Part shown: positions 51,825-61,911 of the stretch, in pieces
Position numbering within the stretch: the first letter of the stretch is position 1
Layout: each line of letters begins with the position of its first letter
Assembly (NCBI RefSeq): GCF_030013205.1
Contig: NZ_CP122648.1
Direction: 5' to 3' (one strand)
From: Escherichia coli
Lineage (GTDB): Bacteria; Pseudomonadota; Gammaproteobacteria; Enterobacterales; Enterobacteriaceae
Length of the DNA: 64,000 nt
The notes under the pieces: generated by a model
What the model saw: only the letters and a program-made list of their open reading frames with translations
What the model was told of the DNA's origin: nothing
Database searches by the model: none
Translations under genes and position numbers: made by a program

Positions 51825-53642
51825 TTAATTTTTGCTATCGTCATTAGTGACCGATACACATGATGGCATCCAGTCTTCTGATTCCTCCGTCAGTGTCACG
51901 TTTGAACGCAAACCGTGCTTCGTTTTCCGTTTCATATACTCCCTGCCATATTCCGCCATTGCCCCCGGCATATCTTTACCGAAGCGCGTCAGTGTTACAG
52001 GTTTACCAAACCCATGTGCCCTCATATAAGCCAGATAGGCATGATAGAGATACCTGCGTGGGCTGAATGGCACAATTTCAGCATTACCCACTAACAGGCC
52101 ATCACACATTACCGACGCCATGAGATAGCCGCAGAAGTCCACCAGCGAATCCCCCTCTCGCTTTATCGCCAGTGCTTCTTCAGATTTCTGCTGCTCATAT
52201 AACAGGCGTCTGGCTTCGTCCTGGTCAGCAAACCGTGTAAGCAGATGGCGAATCACTACCGCCAGCTCACCTTCTATTTTTTCCGCCAGCATTGGATCGC
52301 GTTCGTTCTCCGGTACAACTTCCGAAAAATTGAATATCACCCGACGACGTGAGATCCCCCCGCTGCGGTCACTGAATGACATGGCGTTATTGTTAACCGC
52401 CAGCACTACTGCCGGAATACGCGTTGAGTAGGGGGCTTTGTGTTTCGGGTCAATTGCCACCTTGTCACCGCCTGTAATGGCCTTAATTCCTGCCCCATCA
52501 CCAGCGTAGCGGGTCATATCCGGCATGATAATCAGCGAAAAGCCAACCACTAACGCGCGTTCCCTTGCATCTTCCAGCGCCTTCATGCTTGCCGATACTG
52601 TGTTGGCCTTACCCGCCAGCATGGTGCAAATCTCCGCCATCACGCTTTTACCACTTCCCCCTGGACCTGTTACCTCAATGAATAACTGCCAGTCGTACCG
52701 GTTCGCCAGCACCATGAATAATGCAGCCAGTACGCGATCCGCCTTGCGGTCATTCTCAGCCACCGAACGGCGTAACCACTTCCAGAAATTCGGCGCATGT
52801 GTTGCCAGCGTTTCCCCCTCTGCTGGTGGGCTGAAAGGTAATTCACTGGCAATTAACAACCAGTCGTTTTTGTTATGCTCCCGAAAATTACCTGTTCTGG
52901 TATCAAATACCCCGTTACTGAATCCAATCAGGTTACGGGCTGTATTCCCCATAACAGGCAAACTTAACTTCATGGTATCGACCGCCGATTTAATGGCGTT
53001 CTGCGAATAGCTGATCTCCGCATCAATGAAAATCTGTGCCATAGCTCGCTGTAATTCTTTATCCTGTACTGGCTCCCATACAACGCCGTTGTAATGGTGA
53101 ACAGTGTCAGAGTCAGCATGAATCGCCAGTTCACCGCCATAATGTGCCAGGAGAACTTCGCCGCGTTGACTTGCTCCCATCTGGTTAAGCGCCAGTGATG
53201 AAGCGTTATCGTCTTTTACCCGCTCTTTTTTCTTTACAGGCAGTTCAACTACCTTTTTCTTTTCCGCCTGCTCTGCCCGTTCACGTTCCAGATATTCGCG
53301 CCAGTTCTCCCGTTTCTGGCTGTGCATTCCTTCAGGGTAATAATCAGCATCCCTGACACCTGCCGCTGCCAGTTTCTGCCCGATGGTATTAACAAGCCCC
53401 GGACGCAATAACCCCGCCTGGTAGAGACGCACGCGATAGCGTCCGTCCGGTACGATTTGCAGGTTGTCCAGTTCGGCAAGTTGTTGCTCTCCAAGCCAGA
53501 CAGGTGGCACGTTATCGCCAGCCAGTCGCCCGTCCTGTTCCTGCCACTGCTTCGCATGTGCCCACGCATCACTACCCGCAAAAATGATGACTTCCGTCAT
53601 TTTGTCACGCGGCTGGTGTTTTAAATTTGGCGCTTTTTTCAT
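51825..53642 (-). CDS. P4 alpha-like replication protein (D5_N / SF3 helicase, primase-helicase family)
   Basis: Walker A GPGGSGKS; ATG at 53642 with GGAGAG RBS; the track start at 53657 is GTG. Confidence 0.8.
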   Translation of the reverse strand: MKKAPNLKHQPRDKMTEVIIFAGSDAWAHAKQWQEQDGRLAGDNVPPVWLGEQQLAELDNLQIVPDGRYRVRLYQAGLLRPGLVNTIGQKLAAAGVRDADYYPEGMHSQKRENWREYLERERAEQAEKKKVVELPVKKKERVKDDNASSLALNQMGASQRGEVLLAHYGGELAIHADSDTVHHYNGVVWEPVQDKELQRAMAQIFIDAEISYSQNAIKSAVDTMKLSLPVMGNTARNLIGFSNGVFDTRTGNFREHNKNDWLLIASELPFSPPAEGETLATHAPNFWKWLRRSVAENDRKADRVLAALFMVLANRYDWQLFIEVTGPGGSGKSVMAEICTMLAGKANTVSASMKALEDARERALVVGFSLIIMPDMTRYAGDGAGIKAITGGDKVAIDPKHKAPYSTRIPAVVLAVNNNAMSFSDRSGGISRRRVIFNFSEVVPENERDPMLAEKIEGELAVVIRHLLTRFADQDEARRLLYEQQKSEEALAIKREGDSLVDFCGYLMASVMCDGLLVGNAEIVPFSPRRYLYHAYLAYMRAHGFGKPVTLTRFGKDMPGAMAEYGREYMKRKTKHGLRSNVTLTEESEDWMPSCVSVTNDDSKN

Positions 53643-53938
53643 TTCGGCTCTCTCCACGCGGCAATCATGTTTTTCAGTTCCTGCAGTTTTTTATCCACAT
53701 CCACACGTGACACATGGTTATTTCTGGAAGTCGGGATTTCCCGCCGGAATCTGCTAATAAAGATCTCCACGTTCAGCGAACTATGAAATGAATAGCCATC
53801 ACGAATAAAATACACACGGTCAAACATCAGTTCTTTTACCGTTACTCTGTTACCGTTCTTATCCAGATAAATAGCGCCGGGGATAATTTTGGGGTGTGCA
53901 TAACCGCTGGCAGTCAAGCCAGATAAATATGTTCTCAT
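53639..53938 (-). CDS. hypothetical protein
   Basis: 99-aa ORF, overlapping start/stop with the alpha-like gene. Confidence 0.45.
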   Translation of the reverse strand: MRTYLSGLTASGYAHPKIIPGAIYLDKNGNRVTVKELMFDRVYFIRDGYSFHSSLNVEIFISRFRREIPTSRNNHVSRVDVDKKLQELKNMIAAWREPK

Positions 53939-53944
53939 GATTAT

Positions 53945-54265
53945 TTATCCCCGATTTGAATCAGTATTCGCTTTCTTTATGGCATTTAATGCATCTGTGG
54001 CATTTTCAATGGTGCACCGTAACGAAATATCAAACTGCCCAAGCATTGCCAGTAACAAACCGATATTACCCATATCAATGCGCATGGCCTTTTCGTCATA
54101 GTCCTCATTTTCTGACGCATGCCACATCAGGCTACCAATTGACGCAACAGCCATTGATATATTGTCAGTAGCCCCATCAGCAGCGGAATAAACCTTTTTA
54201 GCAATATCATGCTCACAGTTAAAATGCGGATTAATCAGGTACTGGTAATTTGACATATCAGGCAT
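53945..54265 (-). CDS. hypothetical protein
   Basis: 106-aa ORF. Confidence 0.45.
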   Translation of the reverse strand: MPDMSNYQYLINPHFNCEHDIAKKVYSAADGATDNISMAVASIGSLMWHASENEDYDEKAMRIDMGNIGLLLAMLGQFDISLRCTIENATDALNAIKKANTDSNRG

Positions 54266-54461
54266 GGCACACCCCCTGACGAATACGGGCGGCGAATACC
54301 ATCACGTAGCCAGCCGGGGATTGCTGGCGTGCTTCCTGTTCACTGGTGGCCTCAATGGTAATCACGCGCGGTTGTGCCGTGCTCAGGGCGATAAAACGCC
54401 AGATGTATTTATTCAGGTTGTACGAGTCCCGCCCTTGCGGGTGTCTGGTATAATTTCTCAT
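54258..54461 (-). CDS. hypothetical small protein (real part of a spurious 302-aa track ORF)
   Basis: Internal ATG at 54461 with GAGG RBS (MRNYTRHPQGRDSYNLNKYIW...). Confidence 0.3.
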   Translation of the reverse strand: MRNYTRHPQGRDSYNLNKYIWRFIALSTAQPRVITIEATSEQEARQQSPAGYVMVFAARIRQGVCHA

Positions 54462-54540
54462 AGCTGCCTCGATACTGTTGCTATCGTTGGTGGTTAGACG
54501 CCCTGCATGTGTGCCACCACTGCGGGGCGTTGTTGCTTGG

Positions 54541-54630
54541 TGCATCGCACCATTCGTTTTTAACCTATCAGCAAGTGAATCGCACTTCAAGCCTTTCTCT
54601 GAAATTTTTTTTGTGTATACTGAATCGCAC
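54541..54630. promoter_or_regulatory. three direct repeats TG(C/A)ATCGCAC plus a TATACT -10-like box upstream of the RHH gene
   Basis: Copies at 54541, 54576 and 54621; TATACT at 54616..54621. Confidence 0.4.
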
Positions 54631-54651
54631 CAACTTAGAGAGGATTCAGTA

Positions 54652-54831
54652 ATGGCAACAGGTTCAACAAATAATAAGTCGCAACAGTTAAATGCCAGAT
54701 TCCCGCATGATGTTGTTGCAGACTTAGAAAAAAATTTAGATGAAGGTGAAAGCAAGGCGCAATTTATAGTTACTGCCGTTAAAGGCGAGATCAAACGCCG
54801 CCAGCGCCGCAAGGCCAAAGAGCAGGAGTAA
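54652..54831 (+). CDS. ribbon-helix-helix (Arc/CopG-like) DNA-binding protein
   Basis: 59 aa; N-terminal beta-strand-like LNARFPHDVVADL; GAGAGG RBS. Confidence 0.55.
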   Translation: MATGSTNNKSQQLNARFPHDVVADLEKNLDEGESKAQFIVTAVKGEIKRRQRRKAKEQE

Positions 54832-54873
54832 CCATCACCAGCGCCGTGGTGTGAGTAACTACGGCGCATTGCT

Positions 54874-55062
54874 ATGCAGGACAACACAATGACCGATAAA
54901 GAATTGACCAAAACATTATCACCGGCACGGAAAAGACGGCGCAGAAAGATAGAGCATGAATCAGAAAGATTCGCGCCATGTGCTTTTGCTCTTGAGAAAT
55001 TCCTTAAAGAGCACAGGAAAAAGCTCTCGTTGCAAACCTTGGAACGAACCAAATCTGACTGA
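54874..55062 (+). CDS. hypothetical small basic protein
   Basis: 62-aa ORF followed by hairpin ggcgaccgcccccggtcgcc with T-run. Confidence 0.3.
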   Translation: MQDNTMTDKELTKTLSPARKRRRRKIEHESERFAPCAFALEKFLKEHRKKLSLQTLERTKSD

Positions 55063-55176
55063 TCACATTGCCCACCAGCCGCAAATGTGGCATTGTTGGT
55101 GATGCGTTCAAGTTTAGTGTGTATCCATTGGCGACCGCCCCCGGTCGCCTTTGTTTTATATGTCATATGCTCCCCT

Positions 55177-55386
55177 TTACGCTGCCTTGCCTGAATTAAT
55201 GCGATCCCGGCTTTTAACCCATTCCATAACCTCGGACAGCAGCCAACCTACAGAACGACCGCCCAGATTACGGCGTGACGGGAAATTCCCTTTTTTCTCC
55301 AGTTCATAGCGTGTAGTGCGACACACTCCAGTTAACTTACGACATTCATCCTCACGGATTACGCGATCTTCATTTATTTCACGCAT
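55177..55386 (-). CDS. alpA: AlpA-family transcriptional regulator
   Basis: 69 aa, MREINEDRVIREDECRKLTGVCRTTRYELEKKGNFP... typical AlpA/Xis HTH. Confidence 0.8.
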   Translation of the reverse strand: MREINEDRVIREDECRKLTGVCRTTRYELEKKGNFPSRRNLGGRSVGWLLSEVMEWVKSRDRINSGKAA

Positions 55387-55805
55387 ACAAAAACCTACAT
55401 AAAAAATTACGTATATAAACTTTTCTCTTAGCTGTAGATATATGAGATCGGATATTACTTAGATTCTTTTTTCACCTCTTAAATTAAAAACACAACCTTG
55501 CTAAAGGCTTTGTTCGCTAAGGTTCGTAGAAGCTCGTTAGTGTTTAAAATCGTGTCACGAGTTTTTAAGCGATGCAACAAAAAATGTCGTTACTTGGCAT
55601 TACGCTTGAATTATCTCATTAAAAACAAATAGATAAACCATCAAGTGTTGGAACAATCAAGAAACAGAGAATAAAAGTTCAGAAGAAGACATTCCAATTT
55701 TTTGATGGTTGACATATATAAAGCGAAGATATTTGCAGATATTTTCCGATATTCTACGATTTATTCACGGCTGTAATCTCTTAAAGAAAAAACAGCCGTA
55801 ATTTG

Positions 55806-57053
55806 TCAAGAATTTTGGGGGTAAATTCGCGGGGTCATAACAACGATTTTTTCATCATTGTTCTGGAGAAGCTCGAGACGGTCTACCCATAGATTAAGAG
55901 CATCACGTTTTGCATCAAGATAACGGGAGTGGTTATAGACTCGTTGCATCCCCGGCATCTGGTGGGCGGTAAGCTGCTCGACAATATGCGGATCCACGCC
56001 TAAATCGTTCAGCATGGTTGTAAATGTGTGCCGGATGTCATGCAACGACCAGGGGGCTTGATTAATGCGTCTGTGTGCCGTTCTTCCGTACTCTGCTACG
56101 GATGATTGCCCTTTCAGTTCTCCAAGCAATAAGCCCGTGTGCCTGTTCTTCTCCACCAGCTTCATGACAAACGGCAAGATCGCTTCCGGTATTGGCCTGA
56201 ATATTGCTACCTTCGTTTTGCTGTGTTCTTTCGGCACAGTCCAGAGCATTTCTTTAAAATCCCATTCCTGAACCTCGGAGCGTCTTAGCTCAGTGGTACG
56301 GCATCCAAAGACAATCAGAAGGCGAATTAAGGCGCTGTAGTACGGCGGGAAAATTTTTTCATCCAGTGCGCGGAGTAGCTCGCCAAGCTCCTTGTTTGTT
56401 AGCACTCGCTCGCTTATTTCTGCTTTTTTTCCCACATCACCTACGACCATATCATCAAGAACGTTACTGACGGCGTAGCGACGTTTACGGCAGTACTTAA
56501 GCGCCTGCTTGCATACCTGCAACAAAAAGCCGGCTGATACCGGATTACGCTTAGCAAGCTGGTCAAAACAGGCCAGCCAGTGGCGTAACTCGCATTTATC
56601 CAGCGGCATAGCACCAATCTGGCTGATTATGTGCTTATTGATCCGGCTTTTCAGTGATTCGTGGTCAGTGCGCTTTTCCTTCGCGTATGACTCAAGCCAG
56701 TAAGTGATCGCGTCCTTAACCGTTACAGGTGCTAACGCTTCCTGCACTGTGTGATTAAGCTCATGGCGTGGATTTTTCCCCTCCGCCAGCCAGGCGCGAC
56801 ACTGTGCCGCTTTTTCTCTGGCTGCTTTCAGGCTCAGATCGGGATAGTTGCCCAGTCTCAGGCGTTCCGGTGATACCTGCCTGCCAGTTCCGGCCCTGTA
56901 AGTGAAATACCAGGTTAACAGGCCATTGGTTGAATGCCTTACGCTAAGGTTGCCACCATCATTAAAAAAGGTGTTTTTTGTGGTTGGTGATCCGCTTAAT
57001 TTTCGTAAAAGAGTGTCGCTAAGTCTATGAATTGCCCTGCTCATGTTTCGCAT
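55806..57053 (-). CDS. int: tyrosine integrase (P4-type)
   Basis: 415 aa with catalytic-region motifs (HDIRHTFTT, YNHSRY); at the island end next to cspD. Confidence 0.9.
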   Translation of the reverse strand: MRNMSRAIHRLSDTLLRKLSGSPTTKNTFFNDGGNLSVRHSTNGLLTWYFTYRAGTGRQVSPERLRLGNYPDLSLKAAREKAAQCRAWLAEGKNPRHELNHTVQEALAPVTVKDAITYWLESYAKEKRTDHESLKSRINKHIISQIGAMPLDKCELRHWLACFDQLAKRNPVSAGFLLQVCKQALKYCRKRRYAVSNVLDDMVVGDVGKKAEISERVLTNKELGELLRALDEKIFPPYYSALIRLLIVFGCRTTELRRSEVQEWDFKEMLWTVPKEHSKTKVAIFRPIPEAILPFVMKLVEKNRHTGLLLGELKGQSSVAEYGRTAHRRINQAPWSLHDIRHTFTTMLNDLGVDPHIVEQLTAHQMPGMQRVYNHSRYLDAKRDALNLWVDRLELLQNNDEKIVVMTPRIYPQNS

Positions 57054-57067
57054 TTCCGGTCATCAAA

Positions 57068-57092
57068 ATTAACTACACCATTGACTACACCG
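57068..57092. repeat. island-end repeat attaactacaccattgactacaccg
   Basis: 24 of 25 identical to 46691..46715; 15 bp beyond the integrase start. Confidence 0.6.
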
Positions 57093-57448
57093 TGCATCGT
57101 ACAAGGGCAAACAGCGACGAACAAGGGCGAACAAGAAAAACGAAATTTTCCTTTATAATCATAGCAATAAATGAGATAGATACACCACGACGAACACCCG
57201 CGAACACTAACTGATAAATAACTATCATCTATCGTTGGCATCAGCGACATCTGTCACATTCCTGTCAATAGCGTTAACTGCTTCAAATTTTTGATTCATA
57301 CCTGCCCCCTGGCCCCTGTCAAATGCTTGACGGCTCGCCCTAATTCTCTAAATTGTATTTCTAGAGTTGACGAGGTTTTGAACAGCCCCCTCTCTGACCC
57401 CGGTTTATTCCATCTTACTTGTATAAGATTTGCGAAGGATGTCGAAGC

Positions 57449-57673
57449 ATGGAAAAGGGTACTGTTAAGTGGTTCAACAATGCCAAAGGGTTTGGTTTCA
57501 TCTGCCCTGAAGGCGGCGGCGAAGATATTTTCGCTCATTATTCCACCATTCAGATGGATGGTTACAGAACGCTAAAAGCTGGACAATCCGTTCAGTTTGA
57601 TGTCCACCAGGGGCCAAAAGGCAATCACGCCAGTGTTATTGTGCCCGTCGAAGTAGAAGCGGCAGTCGCATAG
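57449..57673 (+). CDS. cspD: cold-shock-domain protein CspD
   Basis: ATG at 57449 (MEKGTVKWFNNAKGFGFI...), 74 aa; the track start at 57419 is TTG. Confidence 0.93.
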   Translation: MEKGTVKWFNNAKGFGFICPEGGGEDIFAHYSTIQMDGYRTLKAGQSVQFDVHQGPKGNHASVIVPVEVEAAVA

Positions 57674-57745
57674 CTCTTCTGTCTCATTGTGTACATCCTA
57701 AAGGCAAAATGCCAGCCCGATCGGCTGGCATTTTTATCTCAAAAA

Positions 57746-59692
57746 TTACTCTCGTGCCAGAGCATCTACTGGATCCAGTCGTGCCGCATTTCGTGCGGGT
57801 AACCAGCCAAATAAAATCCCGGTGACCGTCGAGCAGAGAAACGCCAGCAGCAGCGCCAACGGTGAAAAACCAATCTCCCAGCCGGGTAAGAAAAGCTGCA
57901 AGGTGAAAGCAATTAACAGTGACAGTGTTATTCCCAACGCGCCACCGACCAGGCAAACCAGTACGGCTTCGATCAGGAACTGTTGCAAAACATCGCTTGC
58001 TCGCGCACCTACAGCCATGCGAATGCCAATTTCCCGCGTCCGCTCGGTCACTGACACCAGCATAATGTTCATTACACCAATACCGCCCACCACCAGCGAA
58101 ATCACCGCCACCAGCGTCAGAAACAGTTGTAAAGTACGTGTGGTCTTTTCAACGGTTTTCAAGACGCCGTCCATGTTCCAGGTAAAGAAATCCTTCTTTC
58201 CGTGGCGCAGTGAAAGTAAACGCGTGAGTTGCTGTTCCGCCTCGGCGCTGTCAAAGCCTTCTTTCACCCTGACAGTAATGGAGTTAAGCCACGACTGGCC
58301 CATAACTCGCCCGGACATCGTGCTGTAAGGTAGCCAGACACGCAGCACTTTACTGCTACCAAACATCGACTGTTTTTCTTCCGCCACACCAATGACTCTG
58401 GCGGGCATATTGCCGACCAGAATCACCTCGCCAACCACATCTGCTTTATGGGGGAAAAGCTGGCGGCGAGTATTACTGTCGAGAACCACGACCTGCGCAC
58501 GACCGTTCAGCTGCTCCTGATTAAAGGTGTTCCCTTCACTGAAGGTCATGCCATAGACATTAAAATAATCGCCGCTCACGCCATTGGCACTGGCAGCCAC
58601 ATCAACATTGTTATAACGCAGGCGCAGGTTTTGCGAGACGGCAGGTGTGGCTGAGGCGACCCACGGTTGTTTTTGGATGGCGATTAAGTCGTCGTACTTC
58701 AGCGCCTGCTGATATTGCGGATCGTCATCGCCAAAATCTTTCCCGGGATAGACATCAATAGTATTCGTACCAATAGAACGAATATCCGCCAGCACCATTT
58801 GTTTGGCGGCGTCACCCACCACGACAATGGAAACCACCGACGCAATACCGATAATAATCCCCAGCATGGTCAGTAAAGTACGCATTTTATTCGCTGCCAG
58901 CGCCCGCCATGCCATCGTCAGCGCCTCGTTAAAACCACTGACAAACTGCCGCCAGCCAGACGCCGTGTTGACAGCAGGTTCCGTCCCGCCAGCAACATTC
59001 ACTTTTTCAATGGCGGGAGGATTGCGCACAATTTCGCCGTCGCGAATTTCGATCACCCGCTCGGCCTGAGCAGCGACCTGCGGATCGTGGGTAACGATAA
59101 TCACCGTATGCCCGCGATCGCGCAGCTGATGCAGGATCGCCATCACCTCTTCGCCAGAATGGCTGTCCAGTGCGCCGGTCGGTTCATCGGCAAGAATTAC
59201 CTGACCGCCGTTCATCAATGCCCGCGCGATGCTGACGCGCTGTTGCTGACCACCCGAAAGCTGTGCCGGATAATACTCTGTACGGTCTTCCAGCCCCAGT
59301 CGTTGCAGCAACTCCTGGGCGCGAAGCAGCCGCTGTTTCCGCTCAAGACCGGCATAGACGGCGGGTACTTCAACGTTCTGCTCGGCGGTTAAATGCGAAA
59401 GCAAATGGTAACGCTGGAAAATAAAGCCGAAATGCTCGCGGCGCAGTTGCGCCAGCGCATCGGCGTCCAGAGTGGCAACATCCTGACCGGCTACGCGATA
59501 GGTGCCGCTGGTGGCCTTATCCAGGCAGCCGAGAATATTCATCAGGGTCGATTTACCGGAACCCGAAGCGCCGACAATCGCCACCATCTCACCAGCATAA
59601 ATATCGAGGGTGATGCCCTTCAGCACCTCAACCTGCTCATCACCGGCAGGATAGCTGCGACGAATATCCTTTAATTCGAGCAAGGGCGTCAT
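57746..59692 (-). CDS. macB: macrolide export ABC transporter MacB
   Basis: 648-aa N-terminal NBD (GASGSGKST) fused to FtsX-like permease. Confidence 0.95.
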   Translation of the reverse strand: MTPLLELKDIRRSYPAGDEQVEVLKGITLDIYAGEMVAIVGASGSGKSTLMNILGCLDKATSGTYRVAGQDVATLDADALAQLRREHFGFIFQRYHLLSHLTAEQNVEVPAVYAGLERKQRLLRAQELLQRLGLEDRTEYYPAQLSGGQQQRVSIARALMNGGQVILADEPTGALDSHSGEEVMAILHQLRDRGHTVIIVTHDPQVAAQAERVIEIRDGEIVRNPPAIEKVNVAGGTEPAVNTASGWRQFVSGFNEALTMAWRALAANKMRTLLTMLGIIIGIASVVSIVVVGDAAKQMVLADIRSIGTNTIDVYPGKDFGDDDPQYQQALKYDDLIAIQKQPWVASATPAVSQNLRLRYNNVDVAASANGVSGDYFNVYGMTFSEGNTFNQEQLNGRAQVVVLDSNTRRQLFPHKADVVGEVILVGNMPARVIGVAEEKQSMFGSSKVLRVWLPYSTMSGRVMGQSWLNSITVRVKEGFDSAEAEQQLTRLLSLRHGKKDFFTWNMDGVLKTVEKTTRTLQLFLTLVAVISLVVGGIGVMNIMLVSVTERTREIGIRMAVGARASDVLQQFLIEAVLVCLVGGALGITLSLLIAFTLQLFLPGWEIGFSPLALLLAFLCSTVTGILFGWLPARNAARLDPVDALARE

Positions 59693-60804
59693 TGTGCAGC
59701 TCCTGGTTTGGCCTCACCAATCACCACTTCATCGCCCGCTTCCAGCCCTTTGACAATCTCAACATCGGTATCGTTACGTGCGCCAATCGTCACTTCACGC
59801 TCGCGTGTTTCACCATTACGCAACAATTTGACTTTATAACGATTATCGCCAACCGGATCGCCTAACGCCGACAGAGGGATCGTCAGCACATTTTTCACAT
59901 CGGTGAGCTGAATATGCACTTGCGCGGTCATATCCAGCCGCAGCAAACCATTGGGGTTGGGTACTTCAAAACGGGCGTAATAGAAAATAGCGTCGTTAAC
60001 CTTTTCCGGCGTCGGTAGCACATCCTTGATTTGCCCCTCGTAGCGCGTCAGTGGATCGCCAAGCACCGTAAACCAAGCTTTTTGCCCCGGCTTCAGGTGG
60101 ATTACATCCGCTTCAGAAACCTGCGCTTTTACCAGCATGGTGCTCATATCTGCCAGCGTCAGAATGTTCGGTGCTTGTTGTGCGGCAATCACCGTCTGGC
60201 CTTGCAGAGTGGTTATTTGCGTGACTTCCCCGGCCATCGGGGCAACGATGCGGGTGTAATCGAGATTGGTTTTAGCCGTATCGAGTGAGGCCTGATTGCG
60301 CTTGATTTGCGCGTCAATGGTGCCAATTTGCGCCTGTTTCACAGCCATCTCCGTCGCGGCGGTATCGAGATCCTGCTGTGAAACCGCTTGCGTTTGTGCA
60401 AGACGTTGCTGACGGGAATACGTCACCCGCGCCAGTTTCAGCTCCGCTTCCGCCTGCTGCCGCTGCGCGCGTAGCTCCATCAGCGTTGCTTCCACCTCCT
60501 TAATCTGGTTTTCAGCCTGTTCAGGATCAATAACCCCTAAAAGCTGGTCTTTTTTTACTTTATCGCCAATCGCCACCGACAGCGTTTTCAACTGACCGCT
60601 GACCTGCGCGCCCACATCAACCTTACGCAGCGCGTCCAGCTTTCCGGTCGCCAGCACGCTTTGCTGTAAATCACCGGGGCGCACAATCAGCGTCTGATAA
60701 GTCGGCACGGGTGCGTTAAGAATTCTCCATAACGTAATCAGCCCGGCAATGACTATCACCAGCGCAATAACGTAACGCTTCTTCACGGTTTTCCGCTTTT
60801 TCAT
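59689..60804 (-). CDS. macA: membrane fusion protein MacA
   Basis: ATG at 60804 ([15 protein letters not shown]...), RND adaptor family. Confidence 0.93.
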   Translation of the reverse strand: MKKRKTVKKRYVIALVIVIAGLITLWRILNAPVPTYQTLIVRPGDLQQSVLATGKLDALRKVDVGAQVSGQLKTLSVAIGDKVKKDQLLGVIDPEQAENQIKEVEATLMELRAQRQQAEAELKLARVTYSRQQRLAQTQAVSQQDLDTAATEMAVKQAQIGTIDAQIKRNQASLDTAKTNLDYTRIVAPMAGEVTQITTLQGQTVIAAQQAPNILTLADMSTMLVKAQVSEADVIHLKPGQKAWFTVLGDPLTRYEGQIKDVLPTPEKVNDAIFYYARFEVPNPNGLLRLDMTAQVHIQLTDVKNVLTIPLSALGDPVGDNRYKVKLLRNGETREREVTIGARNDTDVEIVKGLEAGDEVVIGEAKPGAAQ

Positions 60805-60918
60805 AAATATTCTGAATACTCCATATGCCAATCCGGGTCATTAACTTCAACGAAATATCAACAAAACCCTAAAATTTACGTTAGTAATCACACTATTGAT
60901 GTTTGGTTAAGATACGCA

Positions 60919-61911
60919 ATGGTGAAATCGACGTCATGTATAACCATTGATTTCATGAATATGTCGCAGCTAACTGAACGGACCTTTACGCCATCTGAAT
61001 CTCTCAGCAGCCTGTCACTTTTTCTTAGTCTGGCACGTGGACAGTGTCGGCCGGGTAAATTCTGGCATCGCCGTAGTTTTCGCCAGAAATTTTTGCTGCG
61101 CTCGTTGATTATGCCGCGTTTAAGCGTTGAGTGGATGAACGAACTTTCCCACTGGCCTAATCTCAATGTGTTGTTAACGCGCCAGCCGCGACTGCCTGTG
61201 CGTCTGCATCGCCCTTACCTTGCGGCGAATCTTAGCCGTAAGCAATTGCTGGAGGCGTTACGTTACCATTATGCGTTACTCCGCGGATGTATGTCGGCGG
61301 AAGAATTCAGCTTATATTTGAATACCCCCGGGCTGCAACTGGCGAAGCTGGAAGGCAAAAACGGCGAGCAGTTCACACTTGAGCTGACCATGATGATCTC
61401 AATGGATAAAGAAGGTGACAGCACAATCCTGTTCCGCAACAGCGAAGGTATTCCTCTGGCAGAGATCACGTTTACCCTGTGTGAATATCAGGGGGAAAGA
61501 ACAATGTTTATTGGCGGACTGCAAGGCGCAAAATGGGAAATTCCACATCAGGAAATCCAGAATGCGACGAAAGCCTGCCACGGGCTATTTCCCAAACGCC
61601 TTGTGATGGAAGCGGCCTGTCTGTTTGCCCAACGTTTGCAGGTAGAGCAGATCATTGCCGTCAGCAATGAAACACATATTTACCGCAGCCTGCGTTATCG
61701 CGATAAAGAAGGCAAGATCCATGCTGATTACAACGCGTTCTGGGAGTCGGTAGGCGGCGTATGTGATGCTGAACGCCATTACCGCCTTCCGGCACAGATA
61801 GCACGAAAAGAGATTGCCGAAATCGCCAGTAAAAAACGGGCTGAATACCGTCGGCGCTATGAGATGCTCGACGCTATTCAGCCACAAATGGCCACGATGT
61901 TTCGCGGTTAA
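60919..61911 (+). CDS. ybjX: VirK/YbjX-family protein
   Basis: 330-aa ORF; synteny after macA; true start may be an internal ATG (MNMSQL...). Confidence 0.8.
   Translation: MVKSTSCITIDFMNMSQLTERTFTPSESLSSLSLFLSLARGQCRPGKFWHRRSFRQKFLLRSLIMPRLSVEWMNELSHWPNLNVLLTRQPRLPVRLHRPYLAANLSRKQLLEALRYHYALLRGCMSAEEFSLYLNTPGLQLAKLEGKNGEQFTLELTMMISMDKEGDSTILFRNSEGIPLAEITFTLCEYQGERTMFIGGLQGAKWEIPHQEIQNATKACHGLFPKRLVMEAACLFAQRLQVEQIIAVSNETHIYRSLRYRDKEGKIHADYNAFWESVGGVCDAERHYRLPAQIARKEIAEIASKKRAEYRRRYEMLDAIQPQMATMFRG

Larger units (their letters stand above)
46691..57092. mobile_element. about 10.4 kb integrated phage satellite / PICI-like island between clpS and cspD
   Basis: Integrase, AlpA, P4 alpha-like helicase plus iterons, SSB, Nu1-like TerS and protease-capsid fusion, bracketed by 25-bp direct repeats; interrupts the clpS-cspD adjacency. 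Confidence 0.8.

Noticed and set aside
54258-55166. 302-aa minus-strand ORF spanning the RHH gene region
   Set aside because: Cys/Ser-rich low-complexity translation overlapping a well-supported plus-strand RHH gene and its promoter; only the last 67 codons (from the ATG at 54461) look like a real gene.
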